The notes under the pieces: model-generated
What the model saw: the letters and a program-made list of their open reading frames with translations, nothing else
Databases searched by the model: none
Told to the model about the DNA's origin: nothing
Program-made: the position numbers and the translations under genes
In this document: positions 1 through 10,743 of the stretch, piece after piece
Numbering within the stretch: position 1 is the first letter of the stretch
How the letters are laid out: each line of letters opens with the position of its first letter
Assembly: GCA_977020255.1 (NCBI GenBank)
Contig: CDROCS010001688.1
Coordinates: 186,001-250,000 of the forward strand
Source of the DNA: Obrimoposthia wandeli
Taxonomy: Eukaryota
DNA length: 64,000 nt
Direction of reading: 5' to 3'

Positions 1-1430
1 CCCGTACCTGTACCTTCAACACCATTATCAATTGCGTTATTTATTGCACCTTCAAGTGCCTGTCGTACACGCTTACCTTTTACTTGGTAAACCATTAACC
101 CTATCGCAAACGGCAGTAATTTACCTGATATATCAGCACAAGTGATTGGCCCTGGATTTAACGATGCACGAACGCCACCAGCATTATGAATGCCGAAATC
201 AACGTTGAAACCTAGCTCTCGGGCTTTCCATACAAAACCGCTGACCACCAGCGGTGCGATTTGACTTCCGCCTTTATGATCGGGAATACGCACGTGTCGA
301 AGTGGCTCTGTTATTTCTGCAATATGCTGAGTTTGTAACTTACGTACCGCGGGGCGATATTTCACGTTCAGAATATTTTCAATGAGCGGATCTTTTACAC
401 AGAATCGAATATTCGATTGCTCTGTTAAGAATTGTTTTACTCGATCATGCGTATCGGCATCAAGGTGTTCTGTACGCGTTGCATCAACAGTAAACTGCCT
501 ACCCAGTAATAGCTGATTTTTACCCGTCGCAGAAGCCAAAGTGCCATCAGCATTAAAATCGAGTTCAAGTTGACCCATTGCCAGTGCGTTACACCCTGCT
601 TGAACAACACATGTACCATTTATTACTTTGGCATATTCATCTGTTACGCCGTAACCAAGGTTAGTAAAATCACCTTGCATGGTATGTGTGTGCCCGCCAA
701 TGATCGCTGCAACACCATCAATCTCTTTAGCCAACAGTAAGTCACGCTCGTAACCAAGGTGACTCAAAATAACAATTTTATTAATACCATTTTGGTGAAT
801 GGCATCAATTGTTTTGTTCGATAGTTCTACCACGTTCTTAAACGAAGTATCTGGATCGGGGTTAGCAATACCGGCCATGTTTTCAATTGCCAAACCAAAA
901 ATGGCTACGGGTTCGCCATCTACGTCTTTCACAATATAACGACCTACATCATTACTTGCATCATAGGCGTACACGTTATGTTTATCACGCAAGGTATTAG
1001 GCTTTGTTTGATCTTCTTGTGATAAATCCCAATTAGCCACCAGCATAGGAAAATCAACACGATCTAGAAAATCGGCAACGATGCCATTCCCCATATCTAA
1101 CTCATGATTACCCAAGGCCATTGCTTCAACGCCAATCGCATTAAGCAATTCTGCATTTGCGAGACCTTTATACAATGAGAAATACAAAGTGCCTTGAAAA
1201 CAATCACCTGCATGCAAGAACATAAACTCACGTTCTTTTAAATATGCATGACTTTTCGCTTCTTTTACCGCAGAGGAAACACGAGAAAAACCACCACAAC
1301 TTGCATAAACAGATATTTCAGCATCAAGTACACTGGTTGGAAGCGTTAGCGATATTGAAGAAGGCTCGAAATGTGAGTGAGTGTCATTGATATGTGCAAA
1401 AGTAATTTTTGCGGTACGGTGTTTAGTCAT
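1..1430 (-). CDS. Bifunctional metallophosphatase/5'-nucleotidase family protein (runs off the left window edge; absent from ORF track)
   Basis: Manual translation from ATG at 1430: MTKHRTAKITFAHINDTHSHFEP...FLHAGDCFQGT...ALGNHELDMG...ILSHLGYERD...IIGGHTH, the calcineurin-like phosphoesterase motifs. No signal peptide. Confidence 0.88.
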   Translation of the reverse strand, partial: MTKHRTAKITFAHINDTHSHFEPSSISLTLPTSVLDAEISVYASCGGFSRVSSAVKEAKSHAYLKEREFMFLHAGDCFQGTLYFSLYKGLANAELLNAIGVEAMALGNHELDMGNGIVADFLDRVDFPMLVANWDLSQEDQTKPNTLRDKHNVYAYDASNDVGRYIVKDVDGEPVAIFGLAIENMAGIANPDPDTSFKNVVELSNKTIDAIHQNGINKIVILSHLGYERDLLLAKEIDGVAAIIGGHTHTMQGDFTNLGYGVTDEYAKVINGTCVVQAGCNALAMGQLELDFNADGTLASATGKNQLLLGRQFTVDATRTEHLDADTHDRVKQFLTEQSNIRFCVKDPLIENILNVKYRPAVRKLQTQHIAEITEPLRHVRIPDHKGGSQIAPLVVSGFVWKARELGFNVDFGIHNAGGVRASLNPGPITCADISGKLLPFAIGLMVYQVKGKRVRQALEGAINNAIDNGVEGTGT

Positions 1431-1719
1431 AATTAATCGATGCTCTCCATTTCGGAAATAAAATACAGCCATGTTCTTGTGTAACAGTAAGAGTGAGAGT
1501 TGATAGACAAACGAAGAAGGCATTTACTGCTGCTGATAAAAATCACAGTTCTTAGTTAAACAATGATCAACAAGACATTCAAAACGTGACAGACAACAAA
1601 TATAACACAACCTTACATATTTCCATTCATGAATCATTCCAATTTGACCATTTCTTGTCAAATGAGCATTTTCCACACTTTGCAGGTTAAGGATTATATT
1701 TAATAGACATACATCATTA

Positions 1720-2661
1720 ATGGGCTGCTTTATGCTCTCTTACATACTTCCTATCCTTCTTGTTTTTCTTGTTGGCTTTCTTGCTCAAAGAACTGGGCTA
1801 TGCATGGTAAGAGGGGTACAGGAATTATTAGCCAAACGTCCTGGCTTTCTGATAACAATTATTTGCTGCGGTTTTTGGTTTTGGCTGATCAGCCCTAATG
1901 CAGAGGAAGTATCGTTCAGTACCCCAATGCGAAGACACTCAGTAACACTCCCCTTTATATTAGGCGGCTTTTTATTTGGCCTTGGCGCCGCGATCAATAA
2001 GGGTTGTTCGGTATCAACGATATCAAAACTGGCTAAGGGACACTTCCACATGCTAGCAACCCTTCTAGGCTGGGTAATAGGCTGGTGCTTATTGGCGTCA
2101 ACATCGATAGCGCTTTCTTACACTGAACTCTCTCCGGTACAAAGCCCATCAGTTACCGTTATGTTTATCTTATTTATACTTGTCGCCATCATCATGTTTA
2201 AAGTCCCTGAAAACAGGCGGCCTATCTTACTGGGCATCGTCTTATTTGGAATCGTTGCAAGTTTACTTACATCACTTGTACCTGAATGGGCACCTAGCCA
2301 ATTACTCAAAGATATAACAGCCGCTTTAATACATGGCGAATCTAGCCGATGGCCTGCCATTCAGCGCTATCTAATCATTGCGAGCTTAGTTATTGGTATG
2401 GCGTTAGGTGCAAAAAAACGTTTAGCATTGAGTGAATTTCAATTACGTCCCGTTCAACTCGGTAAACATTTAATTGCAGGGCTAATTATGGGTATAGGCG
2501 CATCACTTGCACTAGGAGGCAATGACTCACAATTGTTGATAGCCCTACCGTCTTTCTCGCCTGCGGGGGCTGTTACCATCTTCAGTATGGTGATTGGCAT
2601 AATAACAGGCATGATGCTACGAAAGGCCAAGCAGCGATTAACTCAACCTCGTGCAAACTAG
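1720..2661 (+). CDS. YeeE/YedE family (thiosulfate/sulfur transport) membrane protein
   Basis: Multi-TM protein with GLCM, GFLFGLGAAINKGCS and GLIMGIGASLALGGND motifs typical of YeeE/YedE repeats. Confidence 0.8.
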   Translation: MGCFMLSYILPILLVFLVGFLAQRTGLCMVRGVQELLAKRPGFLITIICCGFWFWLISPNAEEVSFSTPMRRHSVTLPFILGGFLFGLGAAINKGCSVSTISKLAKGHFHMLATLLGWVIGWCLLASTSIALSYTELSPVQSPSVTVMFILFILVAIIMFKVPENRRPILLGIVLFGIVASLLTSLVPEWAPSQLLKDITAALIHGESSRWPAIQRYLIIASLVIGMALGAKKRLALSEFQLRPVQLGKHLIAGLIMGIGASLALGGNDSQLLIALPSFSPAGAVTIFSMVIGIITGMMLRKAKQRLTQPRAN

Positions 2662-2766
2662 ACACTAGGCGACATTAAGCCGCCTTTTACTATTCGTAAT
2701 TAACAGATAGTATTTATGATTACAAATACTGTTAATGACTAACGAATACAGTCTGACTGCTTATGC

Positions 2767-3162
2767 TTATTGATAGTGACCATGACGCAGTAGAAACTCA
2801 ATTTTGTAACCGTCTGGGTCTTGAACAAAGAAAAACTTCGCCAGTAATTGCCCATCACGGATAAATTCTTTAATTTCAGCAGGCTGATAGCCATGATCGG
2901 TCAGTTTTTTATGTTCAATTTCTAGATCGTCAACAGCAACTGCAATATGCCCATAACCCGTACCGTGCGTATACGCCTCTTCTGTATCTGCATTCCAGGT
3001 TAGTTCAATCTCCATATCGTTTTCTTCATTGCGTAGGTAGACTAAGCTAAACCCATCAAAGTCTAAACGCTTAGCAATATCAAGATCTAACGCCTCTTTG
3101 TAAAAAGTTAACGATTTATCTAGATCAATAACACGAATCATTGAGTGAATTATTTTAGCCAT
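2767..3162 (-). CDS. VOC/glyoxalase I (lactoylglutathione lyase-like) protein
   Basis: HSMIRV..DL..SL.FY, ELT.N, YGHIAV.V.D, FF..DPDGYKIE motifs. Confidence 0.9.
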   Translation of the reverse strand: MAKIIHSMIRVIDLDKSLTFYKEALDLDIAKRLDFDGFSLVYLRNEENDMEIELTWNADTEEAYTHGTGYGHIAVAVDDLEIEHKKLTDHGYQPAEIKEFIRDGQLLAKFFFVQDPDGYKIEFLLRHGHYQ

Positions 3163-3339
3163 CTGACATCTCCGGTCATTTCATTTTATTTACTTCTACG
3201 ATAAACAATTGAAGAAGCACCTTATTTTAGCAAGATGATACCAATCTGTGAGCACAACAGGCAAATTCCATTACAAGGTGCTGTAATCTAATAGAGCATA
3301 TCTTGATGATAATGTGCCACTCAACGTCAAAGGTGAGCT

Positions 3340-4986
3340 ATGCATTTAGAACGTATTGAAATTTCTGGTTTTCGAGGCATTAAACGCCTGTCGCTGTCTT
3401 TCAACCAATTAAGCGTACTGATTGGTGAGAATACTTGGGGTAAATCATCACTCCTTGATGCATTGAGTATTGCACTTGCTGTTAATACAGAATTCTACAC
3501 ATTTAAATTTTCTGATTTTCATGTCGATTACGCGCTAGGGCATGAAAAACAAACAAACCTTCAAATAGTCTTACACTGGAAAGAAGATTTCGCTGGAGAA
3601 CATAAAGCAAGACGATACAAAGCGTTCTCTACTACTTGGGTTACTCGTGAAGGCATTAAGCACTTATATTATCAACTCAGTGCCACAAACCAAGACGATA
3701 AAGTTACAACGGAACGTTTCTTTTTAGATCGCAACGGAACAAAAATCGAGTGTGCAAATACAGATAAACTTGTTAAGCACTTAATGATTCTTCACCCTGT
3801 TGTTCGAATCAGAGACGCAAGGCGATTACGTGACGATACGTTAGAAGAAGTACTACAACTTTCTGATGAGCAAGCCAGGAAATCACGTATTGAGCGTCGC
3901 CTTGATAATACGTGTCGGCGTTTGATGACACAGCCCGGCCATGTCAATTCAGGGGAACTAAAAAGCAGTGTGAATGCCCTACGCACGCTTGTTGATCATT
4001 ACTTTGCTTTTACCCCTCATAACAGATCGAGTCACTTTAACCGTGCTCACTTCCCAAACTACAGTCAATATGGCGAAAACCCTTTAGAACAACTGACTCA
4101 GCCTCAAATGTCTAAACAAAGTCGCCTTGTATTAATGGGGTTATTAAATGCGTATATACGTGCAAGAGGGCCAGTAGAGTTAAAACGTATTTCTCGCCCA
4201 ATTATGATCTTGGAAGATCCTGAAGGTCGTTTACATCCAACGGTATTACACCAAGCATGGACATTCGTTGACAGTATGCCAATGCAAAAGATCCTAACAA
4301 CGAATAGCCCCGATCTTTTATCGATCGTACCACTCACTTCTATTAAAAAATTGATCCGCCAGCCAGATAGAACCCAAGTTTTTGCCATCAAGAAGAATAC
4401 ACTATCACGCGATGAAGAACGCCGAATTTCATTTCATGTTCGCCTTCACCGCCCTAGTGCGCTCTTTGCTCGTGCATGGCTATTAGTCGAGGGAGAGACG
4501 GAAGTATGGCTATTCAACGAACTCGCACGAATCTGTGGCTATAACCTCGCCGCAGAAGGCGTACAAGTTATCGAGTTTGCCCAAAGTGGGTTAAAACCTT
4601 TAATCAAAATTGCCCGTTTGATGGGAATTGAATGGCATTTAGTCGCAGATGGTGATGCCGCTGGTCGTAAATACGGCGAGACAGTAAAGAACTTACTAGG
4701 CAATGATGCTGAACGACACCGTTTAACCATTTTGCCTAATCGCGATATAGAATATTTCCTTTATCACCATGGCTATGAACAGATGTTTAGAGACTTAGCC
4801 CATGTGAAATCTGATACGCCGATTCCTCCTCAAAAAATTATATCTCGCGCACTAAAGCGTTACGCAAAACCTGATGTTGCGCTCGCTATCGTAAAATACA
4901 CCGATGAGTCTGATATAGAAAAAATCCCACTACTTATACGTTGGACATTAAAACGTATCGTCGCCATGTCACGTGGAATGGGGTGA
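3340..4986 (+). CDS. ybjD: OLD-family ATP-dependent endonuclease (YbjD/DUF2813, ABC-type ATPase + TOPRIM)
   Basis: N-terminal I.GFRGI and Walker A-like GENTWGKSS; LEDPEGRLHP; C-terminal TOPRIM_OLD motifs LLVEGETE and DGD.AG. Confidence 0.85.
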   Translation: MHLERIEISGFRGIKRLSLSFNQLSVLIGENTWGKSSLLDALSIALAVNTEFYTFKFSDFHVDYALGHEKQTNLQIVLHWKEDFAGEHKARRYKAFSTTWVTREGIKHLYYQLSATNQDDKVTTERFFLDRNGTKIECANTDKLVKHLMILHPVVRIRDARRLRDDTLEEVLQLSDEQARKSRIERRLDNTCRRLMTQPGHVNSGELKSSVNALRTLVDHYFAFTPHNRSSHFNRAHFPNYSQYGENPLEQLTQPQMSKQSRLVLMGLLNAYIRARGPVELKRISRPIMILEDPEGRLHPTVLHQAWTFVDSMPMQKILTTNSPDLLSIVPLTSIKKLIRQPDRTQVFAIKKNTLSRDEERRISFHVRLHRPSALFARAWLLVEGETEVWLFNELARICGYNLAAEGVQVIEFAQSGLKPLIKIARLMGIEWHLVADGDAAGRKYGETVKNLLGNDAERHRLTILPNRDIEYFLYHHGYEQMFRDLAHVKSDTPIPPQKIISRALKRYAKPDVALAIVKYTDESDIEKIPLLIRWTLKRIVAMSRGMG

Positions 4987-5053
4987 ATCACCTTAATGAA
5001 TTGAGCCTATCTGGCATTTGGGCTCTATTTTGTCTCTTTATCATTAAGTATCG

Positions 5054-5626
5054 CTATTCTACAACATCTTGCTTTTCAAAAAATAACGTCACTTTACCGA
5101 CACCAAAGCCCCACTTTCGCATTTCTGCAATATTGAATACATGGGTTTTATCTTGGCGATACATCCAATCATCAAAGGCGATGTTATAAACCGAACCATC
5201 AACAGGAAGGCGCAGGGAATATTGCCAATTTAACGCGTTACCCGCAACCACCCCTGTCGCTTGCCCAACCACATCATCCGCTTCTCCTGTATACGTACCG
5301 TCTTTGTTACGGGTTATTTTCCATATCCTTTGTTGTTTTTCACCATCATCATAAATAAAGTCTTCCTTTAGGGTTAAAAGGTCGCCTTTCACTACCCCTC
5401 GTATTTTTACATCAAAACGACGTGTTAGCTTTCCATTGAAGTCTTGTACCATTCCCCATGCCAGTACATCACCTTCGAAGTATTCAAACAAATTAAACGC
5501 GGGGGTATTTTGTTTGTATTCCTGTACAGACGTCGAGCACCCCCACAATACAAAACACAGACTTAATACAACAATGAATCGACTTTTCACTTTATGGCGG
5601 CATAGCTGGGTAAAATTAGATGACAT
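5054..5626 (-). CDS. DUF3833 family lipoprotein (start likely 5626 or GTG 5590, not 5740)
   Basis: Lipobox LWGC; YF.G...AWG.VQDF.G...RRF.V and FDDWMY motifs. Confidence 0.8.
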   Translation of the reverse strand: MSSNFTQLCRHKVKSRFIVVLSLCFVLWGCSTSVQEYKQNTPAFNLFEYFEGDVLAWGMVQDFNGKLTRRFDVKIRGVVKGDLLTLKEDFIYDDGEKQQRIWKITRNKDGTYTGEADDVVGQATGVVAGNALNWQYSLRLPVDGSVYNIAFDDWMYRQDKTHVFNIAEMRKWGFGVGKVTLFFEKQDVVE

Positions 5627-5741
5627 AAAATTCCTTTCAATATGGCGGTATTGATAAATGAAGACATTTTTTGTGTAACCTTTGTATAGGTATAGCTCTA
5701 AATTCCTACTCATACTCTGATTAGAATAAAAAGTAGACATA

Positions 5742-5768
5742 AAAAAAGCGACCCATTAGGTCGCTTTC
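5742..5768 (-). terminator. Intrinsic terminator after rlmF
   Basis: AAAAAAAGCGACC-CATTA-GGTCGCTTT hairpin with A-tract (U-tract on minus). Confidence 0.7.
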
Positions 5769-5789
5769 TGCTTCGTTTGGAACAACGCT

Positions 5790-6806
5790 TTACGCATTCC
5801 AGCGTTCTTCACGCCATTGTGTTTGTTGTTCTTTCGATAGGAATGTCCATGCGACTACTCGAGTCACTTTTTGCCCTTGTGCCATATCGATAGTACGAAC
5901 ATCAACAGCGTTCACTTGCTTTAAGGCTTTATAAAGCGCTGGTAAATTTTCTTTTTTAGATACTAATGTCGAGTACCAGAAACAATTTTCAGGCTTATCT
6001 GAGCTCTCGGTGATCATTCGTTGAATAAATGCAGCTTCACCACCTGGACACCACAGTTCCGCTTTTTGACCACCAAAATTTAAAACAGGTTTGTTGGCAT
6101 TACTCTTGTCAAAAACTTCAGCTTTTTTGTTACTGCCTTTCTTATGTGCATTCACACTAAGGTTACGTACCTTACGTTCAGATCCTGCCGTTGCTTCTTC
6201 TAATGAAGCATGAAACGGCGGATTACACATGGTGAAATCAAAAATATCGTTATCATTGATTATGCCGATAAAAATATTATCTGATTTTTTCTGTAATCGG
6301 CACTTAATACCACTCGCTAATGAACGGTTAGATTCAACAATAAATTTTGCCGACTTAATTGATAACGCATCAACATCTGAACCAACAAAACGCCAACCGT
6401 AAGCTCGATGACCAATGATCGGGTAAACGCAATTCGCGCCCATGCCAATATCTAAGCCATTTATGTGCCTACCTTGAGGAATAACGCCGTCGTTAGACTT
6501 GGCTAATAAATCCGCAATATGGTGAATATAATCAGCACGACCAGGAATAGGTGGGCATAAGTAGCCAGGGGGAATGTCCCAGTTTTCGACCTTATAAAAA
6601 TGGTGTAATAACGCTTTGTTCAACATTTTTACAGCAGCAGGATCGGAAAAATCAACAGACAGATCACCGAATTGATTTTCAGCCACAAACGGCGCTAAAT
6701 CAGGGCAACTTAATACCAAGGCATCAAAATCATAACGTTGACTATGAGGGTTACGCGGGTGTAACCCCTTTTTCTTCTGTGTTGGTTTGTTTTTCTTTTG
6801 AGTCAT
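5790..6806 (-). CDS. rlmF: 23S rRNA (adenine1618-N6)-methyltransferase
   Basis: [38 protein letters not shown] motifs. Confidence 0.95.
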   Translation of the reverse strand: MTQKKNKPTQKKKGLHPRNPHSQRYDFDALVLSCPDLAPFVAENQFGDLSVDFSDPAAVKMLNKALLHHFYKVENWDIPPGYLCPPIPGRADYIHHIADLLAKSNDGVIPQGRHINGLDIGMGANCVYPIIGHRAYGWRFVGSDVDALSIKSAKFIVESNRSLASGIKCRLQKKSDNIFIGIINDNDIFDFTMCNPPFHASLEEATAGSERKVRNLSVNAHKKGSNKKAEVFDKSNANKPVLNFGGQKAELWCPGGEAAFIQRMITESSDKPENCFWYSTLVSKKENLPALYKALKQVNAVDVRTIDMAQGQKVTRVVAWTFLSKEQQTQWREERWNA

Positions 6807-6986
6807 TACACTTTACCAATGGAACATAAGGTTCGAATTTAGCGTCGAAGTTGAACACTTCAATAATGTTTCCATTGTACCTGTTTCAAATGAATCTAAG
6901 GAGATTCTTTATTACAAACACGTTTATTTGATGAAAAGCTACTCACCCCCTTCTTATTCAACCGTATGTGCTAGCTAAGGCAACAA

Positions 6987-7754
6987 TTACTCTTTTCTAT
7001 CTGAGGGTTTCATTACCTCTGTTAGCTTTCCTATCATGTCGATAGGCATAGGAAATACGATGGTTGTTGTTCTTTCATTTGCCACTTCCGTCAATGTTTG
7101 CATATAACGAAGTTGAATAGCATTTGGCGCTTTGTTGAGTACATCTGCCGCTTGACGTAGCTTCTCTGACGCTTCTAACTCACCCGTTGCGTGAATGACT
7201 TTCGCTCGACGTGTTCGTTCTGCCTCTGCTTGTTTAGCTAAAGCACGCACCATGCTGTCATCTAGATCAACATGTTTAATTTCAACATTGGCAATTTTAA
7301 TCCCCCAATTGTCGGTATGTTGATCAAGTATTACCTGTAAATCTTTGTTTAGCGCTTCCCGGGCTGACAAGAGTTCATCGAGCTCATGTTGACCAAGTAC
7401 CGAACGTAACGTGGTTTGAGATAACTGACTGGTTGCTTCAAGGTAGTTTTCGACGTTATTGATTGCCATTTTCGGTTCGACCACCCGAAAATACACCACA
7501 GCATTCACCTTAACCGACACGTTGTCGCGGGTAATCAAGTCTTGCGTCGGTACATCAAGAACTATGGTTCGTAGATCTACCCTTACCATTTGCTGAATAA
7601 CAGGAACGATGATGATTAATCCCGGTCCTTTTACTTCATAAAACCGACCAAGTAAGAACACAACTGCGCGCTCATACTCTCGTAATACCTTGAACATACT
7701 AACAAGTAGCACAAACACGAGTGCTATAATTGTCGCAATAGTATAGATGAACAT
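6987..7754 (-). CDS. Slipin/stomatin-like SPFH (band 7) protein
   Basis: [34 protein letters not shown] motifs; directly downstream of nfeD. Confidence 0.93.
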   Translation of the reverse strand: MFIYTIATIIALVFVLLVSMFKVLREYERAVVFLLGRFYEVKGPGLIIIVPVIQQMVRVDLRTIVLDVPTQDLITRDNVSVKVNAVVYFRVVEPKMAINNVENYLEATSQLSQTTLRSVLGQHELDELLSAREALNKDLQVILDQHTDNWGIKIANVEIKHVDLDDSMVRALAKQAEAERTRRAKVIHATGELEASEKLRQAADVLNKAPNAIQLRYMQTLTEVANERTTTIVFPMPIDMIGKLTEVMKPSDRKE

Positions 7755-7803
7755 AATTAGCCCCTATTATTAGTCATTCTTCAATATGGTCTTACTCGTG
7801 TCA

Positions 7804-9273
7804 TTATTCTTTTGCTGAATTTTTATCAGCATGGCTGGCTTCAACATCAAGCCATAAGCCCGATATTTTTTTAACGATAACCCACTGGCCTACTTGTAAA
7901 CCATCGCCGCACCTTGCCTGCCAAATTTCACCCTCAACCAAGACTCGTCCCGATTCTGGAAAACCACTCACAACCTTTGCGTACTGCCCAATCATGACAT
8001 CGACCCCAGTTGTTACCGGTTTTCTTCGCGTTTTTAATAACAAAGAAAGCATTACAAATGTAAATAAAGCCGATACAACGGTTAATCCAATAATGAGTGG
8101 TAATGCAATTTTGTATCCCGGTATTTCCGTATCCATCAGCATAATAGAACCCAATACAAATGCCACGATTCCACCTAAACCAAAAATACCAAAACTCGGT
8201 GTAAATGCCTCTGCAACCATTAATGCGATACCTAACAATAATAAGCCGAGCCCCGCATAACTTACTGGTAGCATTTGCAATGAATACATCGCGAGTAAAA
8301 GACAAATGCCGCCCATTACACCGGGTAACCCAACACCAGGGTTATAAAATTCCAGTAAAAGACCATAGATACCAATCAGCATCAAAATATAAGCGACGTT
8401 AGGGTTGGTGATGACAGATAACAAGCTAAAACGCCAATCTTGCTCTCGTTCTATAAACTGAACATTAGCCAGTGACATTTCTTGTTCAACGCCATTGATA
8501 ACAACCGTTTTACCATTCGTTTTTTCGACGACTTGATCTAGGTTTGAGGCTAGAAAATCAATCACATTTTCAGTTAGCGCATTCTCTGAATCTAAACTGG
8601 CCGCTTCACGAACGGCTTTCTCTGCCCACACCTCGTTCCTACCATGCAATTTAGCTAAGCTCACAATGTACGCTGCCGCATCATTAATCACTTTCTTTTC
8701 CATTGCTGTCGTGGCTTTTACTCGTCCTTCTTGTTGATCCGGCTCACTGCTTTTAGCCTCATCATCCGCCTTGCTTGTTACTGACTTATCGTCGCTAGTT
8801 GCATCATCTTTCTTGGCGCTGTTTTCATCACCTTTTTGCGAATCACCTTTCGGCGTAAATGGATTATCTGATTTATCAGGTGCTTTCCCGCCCCCTAATG
8901 AAACAGGTGTAGCAGCGCCAAGGTTAGTACCCGGAGCCATTGAAGCGATATGACTTGCCAATAATATATACGTACCCGCACTGGCTGCACGAGAGCCTGC
9001 AGGGCCAACCCAAGTAGCGATAGGTACAGATGACGAAGTAATCGCACGAATAATGTCTCGCATAGAGGTATCTAGCCCTCCGGGAGTATTCATTTTGAGA
9101 ACAACAAGGGATGCGTTATCTATTTTCGCTTGTTCGATTTCCCTAGCAACAAAATCACTGGTTGCAGGTCCAATACCACCGTTTATTTCGACAACCCATA
9201 CATCATCCGCTAACGCCGAAATAGAATGAAGCAATAGCGTAGTAACGAACACGCAGAGAGAGAGAAATTTCAT
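7804..9273 (-). CDS. nfeD: NfeD long form (ClpP-like serine protease domain + TM + OB-fold)
   Basis: Signal peptide; NTPGGL, AASAG (Ser), MAPGT..GAA.P, EKK..ND; TM bundle; C-terminal G.V.VEGE.W.A. Confidence 0.92.
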   Translation of the reverse strand: MKFLSLCVFVTTLLLHSISALADDVWVVEINGGIGPATSDFVAREIEQAKIDNASLVVLKMNTPGGLDTSMRDIIRAITSSSVPIATWVGPAGSRAASAGTYILLASHIASMAPGTNLGAATPVSLGGGKAPDKSDNPFTPKGDSQKGDENSAKKDDATSDDKSVTSKADDEAKSSEPDQQEGRVKATTAMEKKVINDAAAYIVSLAKLHGRNEVWAEKAVREAASLDSENALTENVIDFLASNLDQVVEKTNGKTVVINGVEQEMSLANVQFIEREQDWRFSLLSVITNPNVAYILMLIGIYGLLLEFYNPGVGLPGVMGGICLLLAMYSLQMLPVSYAGLGLLLLGIALMVAEAFTPSFGIFGLGGIVAFVLGSIMLMDTEIPGYKIALPLIIGLTVVSALFTFVMLSLLLKTRRKPVTTGVDVMIGQYAKVVSGFPESGRVLVEGEIWQARCGDGLQVGQWVIVKKISGLWLDVEASHADKNSAKE

Positions 9274-9529
9274 ATAGACTCCCCGACCTAATTAAGTGTC
9301 GATACCAACCTAAAACGATAGTGTGCTGGTGGGTTAGTATCTTAGCGACGATAAGCTCGACCTTATAAGCATAGTTCAACCTTAAATACACACATTAAAA
9401 ACATGGTGTAATACAGTTACCTAACTACCTCCCAATAATCATCACTAATAGCCGTTATGGGGCTTATACTTATATTTACACAAACAATCATTCGCTAGGT
9501 TGTTCGTCATTTTTTAAAGGAGGGTCGTT

Positions 9530-10648
9530 ATGGCAGAAACGAAATCAATCTTCAAACCACTCTCTATTTTGTTCTGCCTCTTATTCATGTTTATATCGGT
9601 TCCTGCCCAAAGCACTTCAATCAGCAATATTAAACAAGACTCATTGATTAAAGTTGGAAGCTATCATTGCCCTCCCTTTGTTATTCACGAAAACGGCAAA
9701 AGCTACACAGGGTTAACAATACTACTGTGGGAACAAATAGCTAAAAGCTTAAATCTACAATACGAAATCGAGCAATACCCCCTGACAGAATTACTCGATG
9801 CCGTCGCTGAAGGTAAGATCAACATTGGCATTTCGTGTATTTCAATTACCCCAGAAAGAGAAGAACGCTTAGACTTTTCACACTCGTTTTATGAAACACA
9901 CCTTGCCATTGCCGTTAAGAAACAAGGCTATTTATCATCAATAATCAATATTCTAACTAACAAAAAACTCTTACTGGTATTAGCTATTCTCTTATGTGGC
10001 GCGGCATTAATTGGTAGCGTCTTTTATTTTCTTGAACACAAGGTAAACGACAAGCTCTATTCTATGCAAAGCCGCCCCGCACGGTTCGTTGAAGGGCTCA
10101 TTTTAGGGTTACTATTTATAACCAAAGGGCCCTTTAATTATTTCGAGTTTAAGACGCTGTCGGGGCGTGTTTTGACTGTGATTATTGCCATTTTCTCTAC
10201 ACTATTTATTGCCAGTATTACGGCTGTTCTCGCCAGTACATTTACATTGGGCTTATTAAATTCAGATATCAAGAATCCGAATGATCTCGCGAACATTAAA
10301 ACAGGTGCTAAAAAGTCATCTACATCGTCTCAGTTTCTCACCAATCACAGCATTGTTCACAAAACGTATAATACGGTAGAAGATATGCTAGTCGCATTAG
10401 AAAAAGGTGAAATAGAAGCCGTGATCGCCGATGATCCTGTTCTGAAATATCAGATAAAAAAGGCGAAAGAACGTGGCGTGTATACCGATATGATTGTACT
10501 GCCGTATCAATTCGAAAAGCAAAACTACGGCTTCGCGATTGAAGATAGCAGCCCTTATGCAGAAGAATTGAATCGAGCACTGTTAAAGATCCGTCAAAGT
10601 AATGAATGGCGACAAGCACTGAATAAGTACTTTACTGATATACCCTAG
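9530..10648 (+). CDS. Prokaryotic ionotropic glutamate receptor-like channel (split substrate-binding domain with inserted M1-P-M2 pore)
   Basis: Signal peptide; S1 ISITPEREERLDFS; M1; P-helix/loop LLFITKGPFNY; KTLSGR; M2 ASITAVLAS; S2 SSTS, ADDPVL, YGFA. Confidence 0.8.
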   Translation: MAETKSIFKPLSILFCLLFMFISVPAQSTSISNIKQDSLIKVGSYHCPPFVIHENGKSYTGLTILLWEQIAKSLNLQYEIEQYPLTELLDAVAEGKINIGISCISITPEREERLDFSHSFYETHLAIAVKKQGYLSSIINILTNKKLLLVLAILLCGAALIGSVFYFLEHKVNDKLYSMQSRPARFVEGLILGLLFITKGPFNYFEFKTLSGRVLTVIIAIFSTLFIASITAVLASTFTLGLLNSDIKNPNDLANIKTGAKKSSTSSQFLTNHSIVHKTYNTVEDMLVALEKGEIEAVIADDPVLKYQIKKAKERGVYTDMIVLPYQFEKQNYGFAIEDSSPYAEELNRALLKIRQSNEWRQALNKYFTDIP

Positions 10649-10658
10649 TAGTAATAAT

Positions 10659-10692
10659 AAAAAAAAGCCCTCGCTGTATGTCAGCGAGGGCT
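10659..10692. terminator. Bidirectional intrinsic terminator between the channel gene and viaA
   Basis: AAAAAAAGCCCTCGCTG-TATGT-CAGCGAGGGCTT hairpin. Confidence 0.75.
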
Positions 10693-10718
10693 TATACCCA
10701 AGTTACCTCAAGATGCTC
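10693..10718 (-). repeat. Solo right end of ERIC-like MITE
   Basis: TATACCCAAGTTACCTCAAGATGCTC is the exact reverse complement of the last 26 nt of the 16644-16909 element. Confidence 0.8.
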
Positions 10719-10743
10719 TGTAGCTCTCAATCTAAGAGATCTT

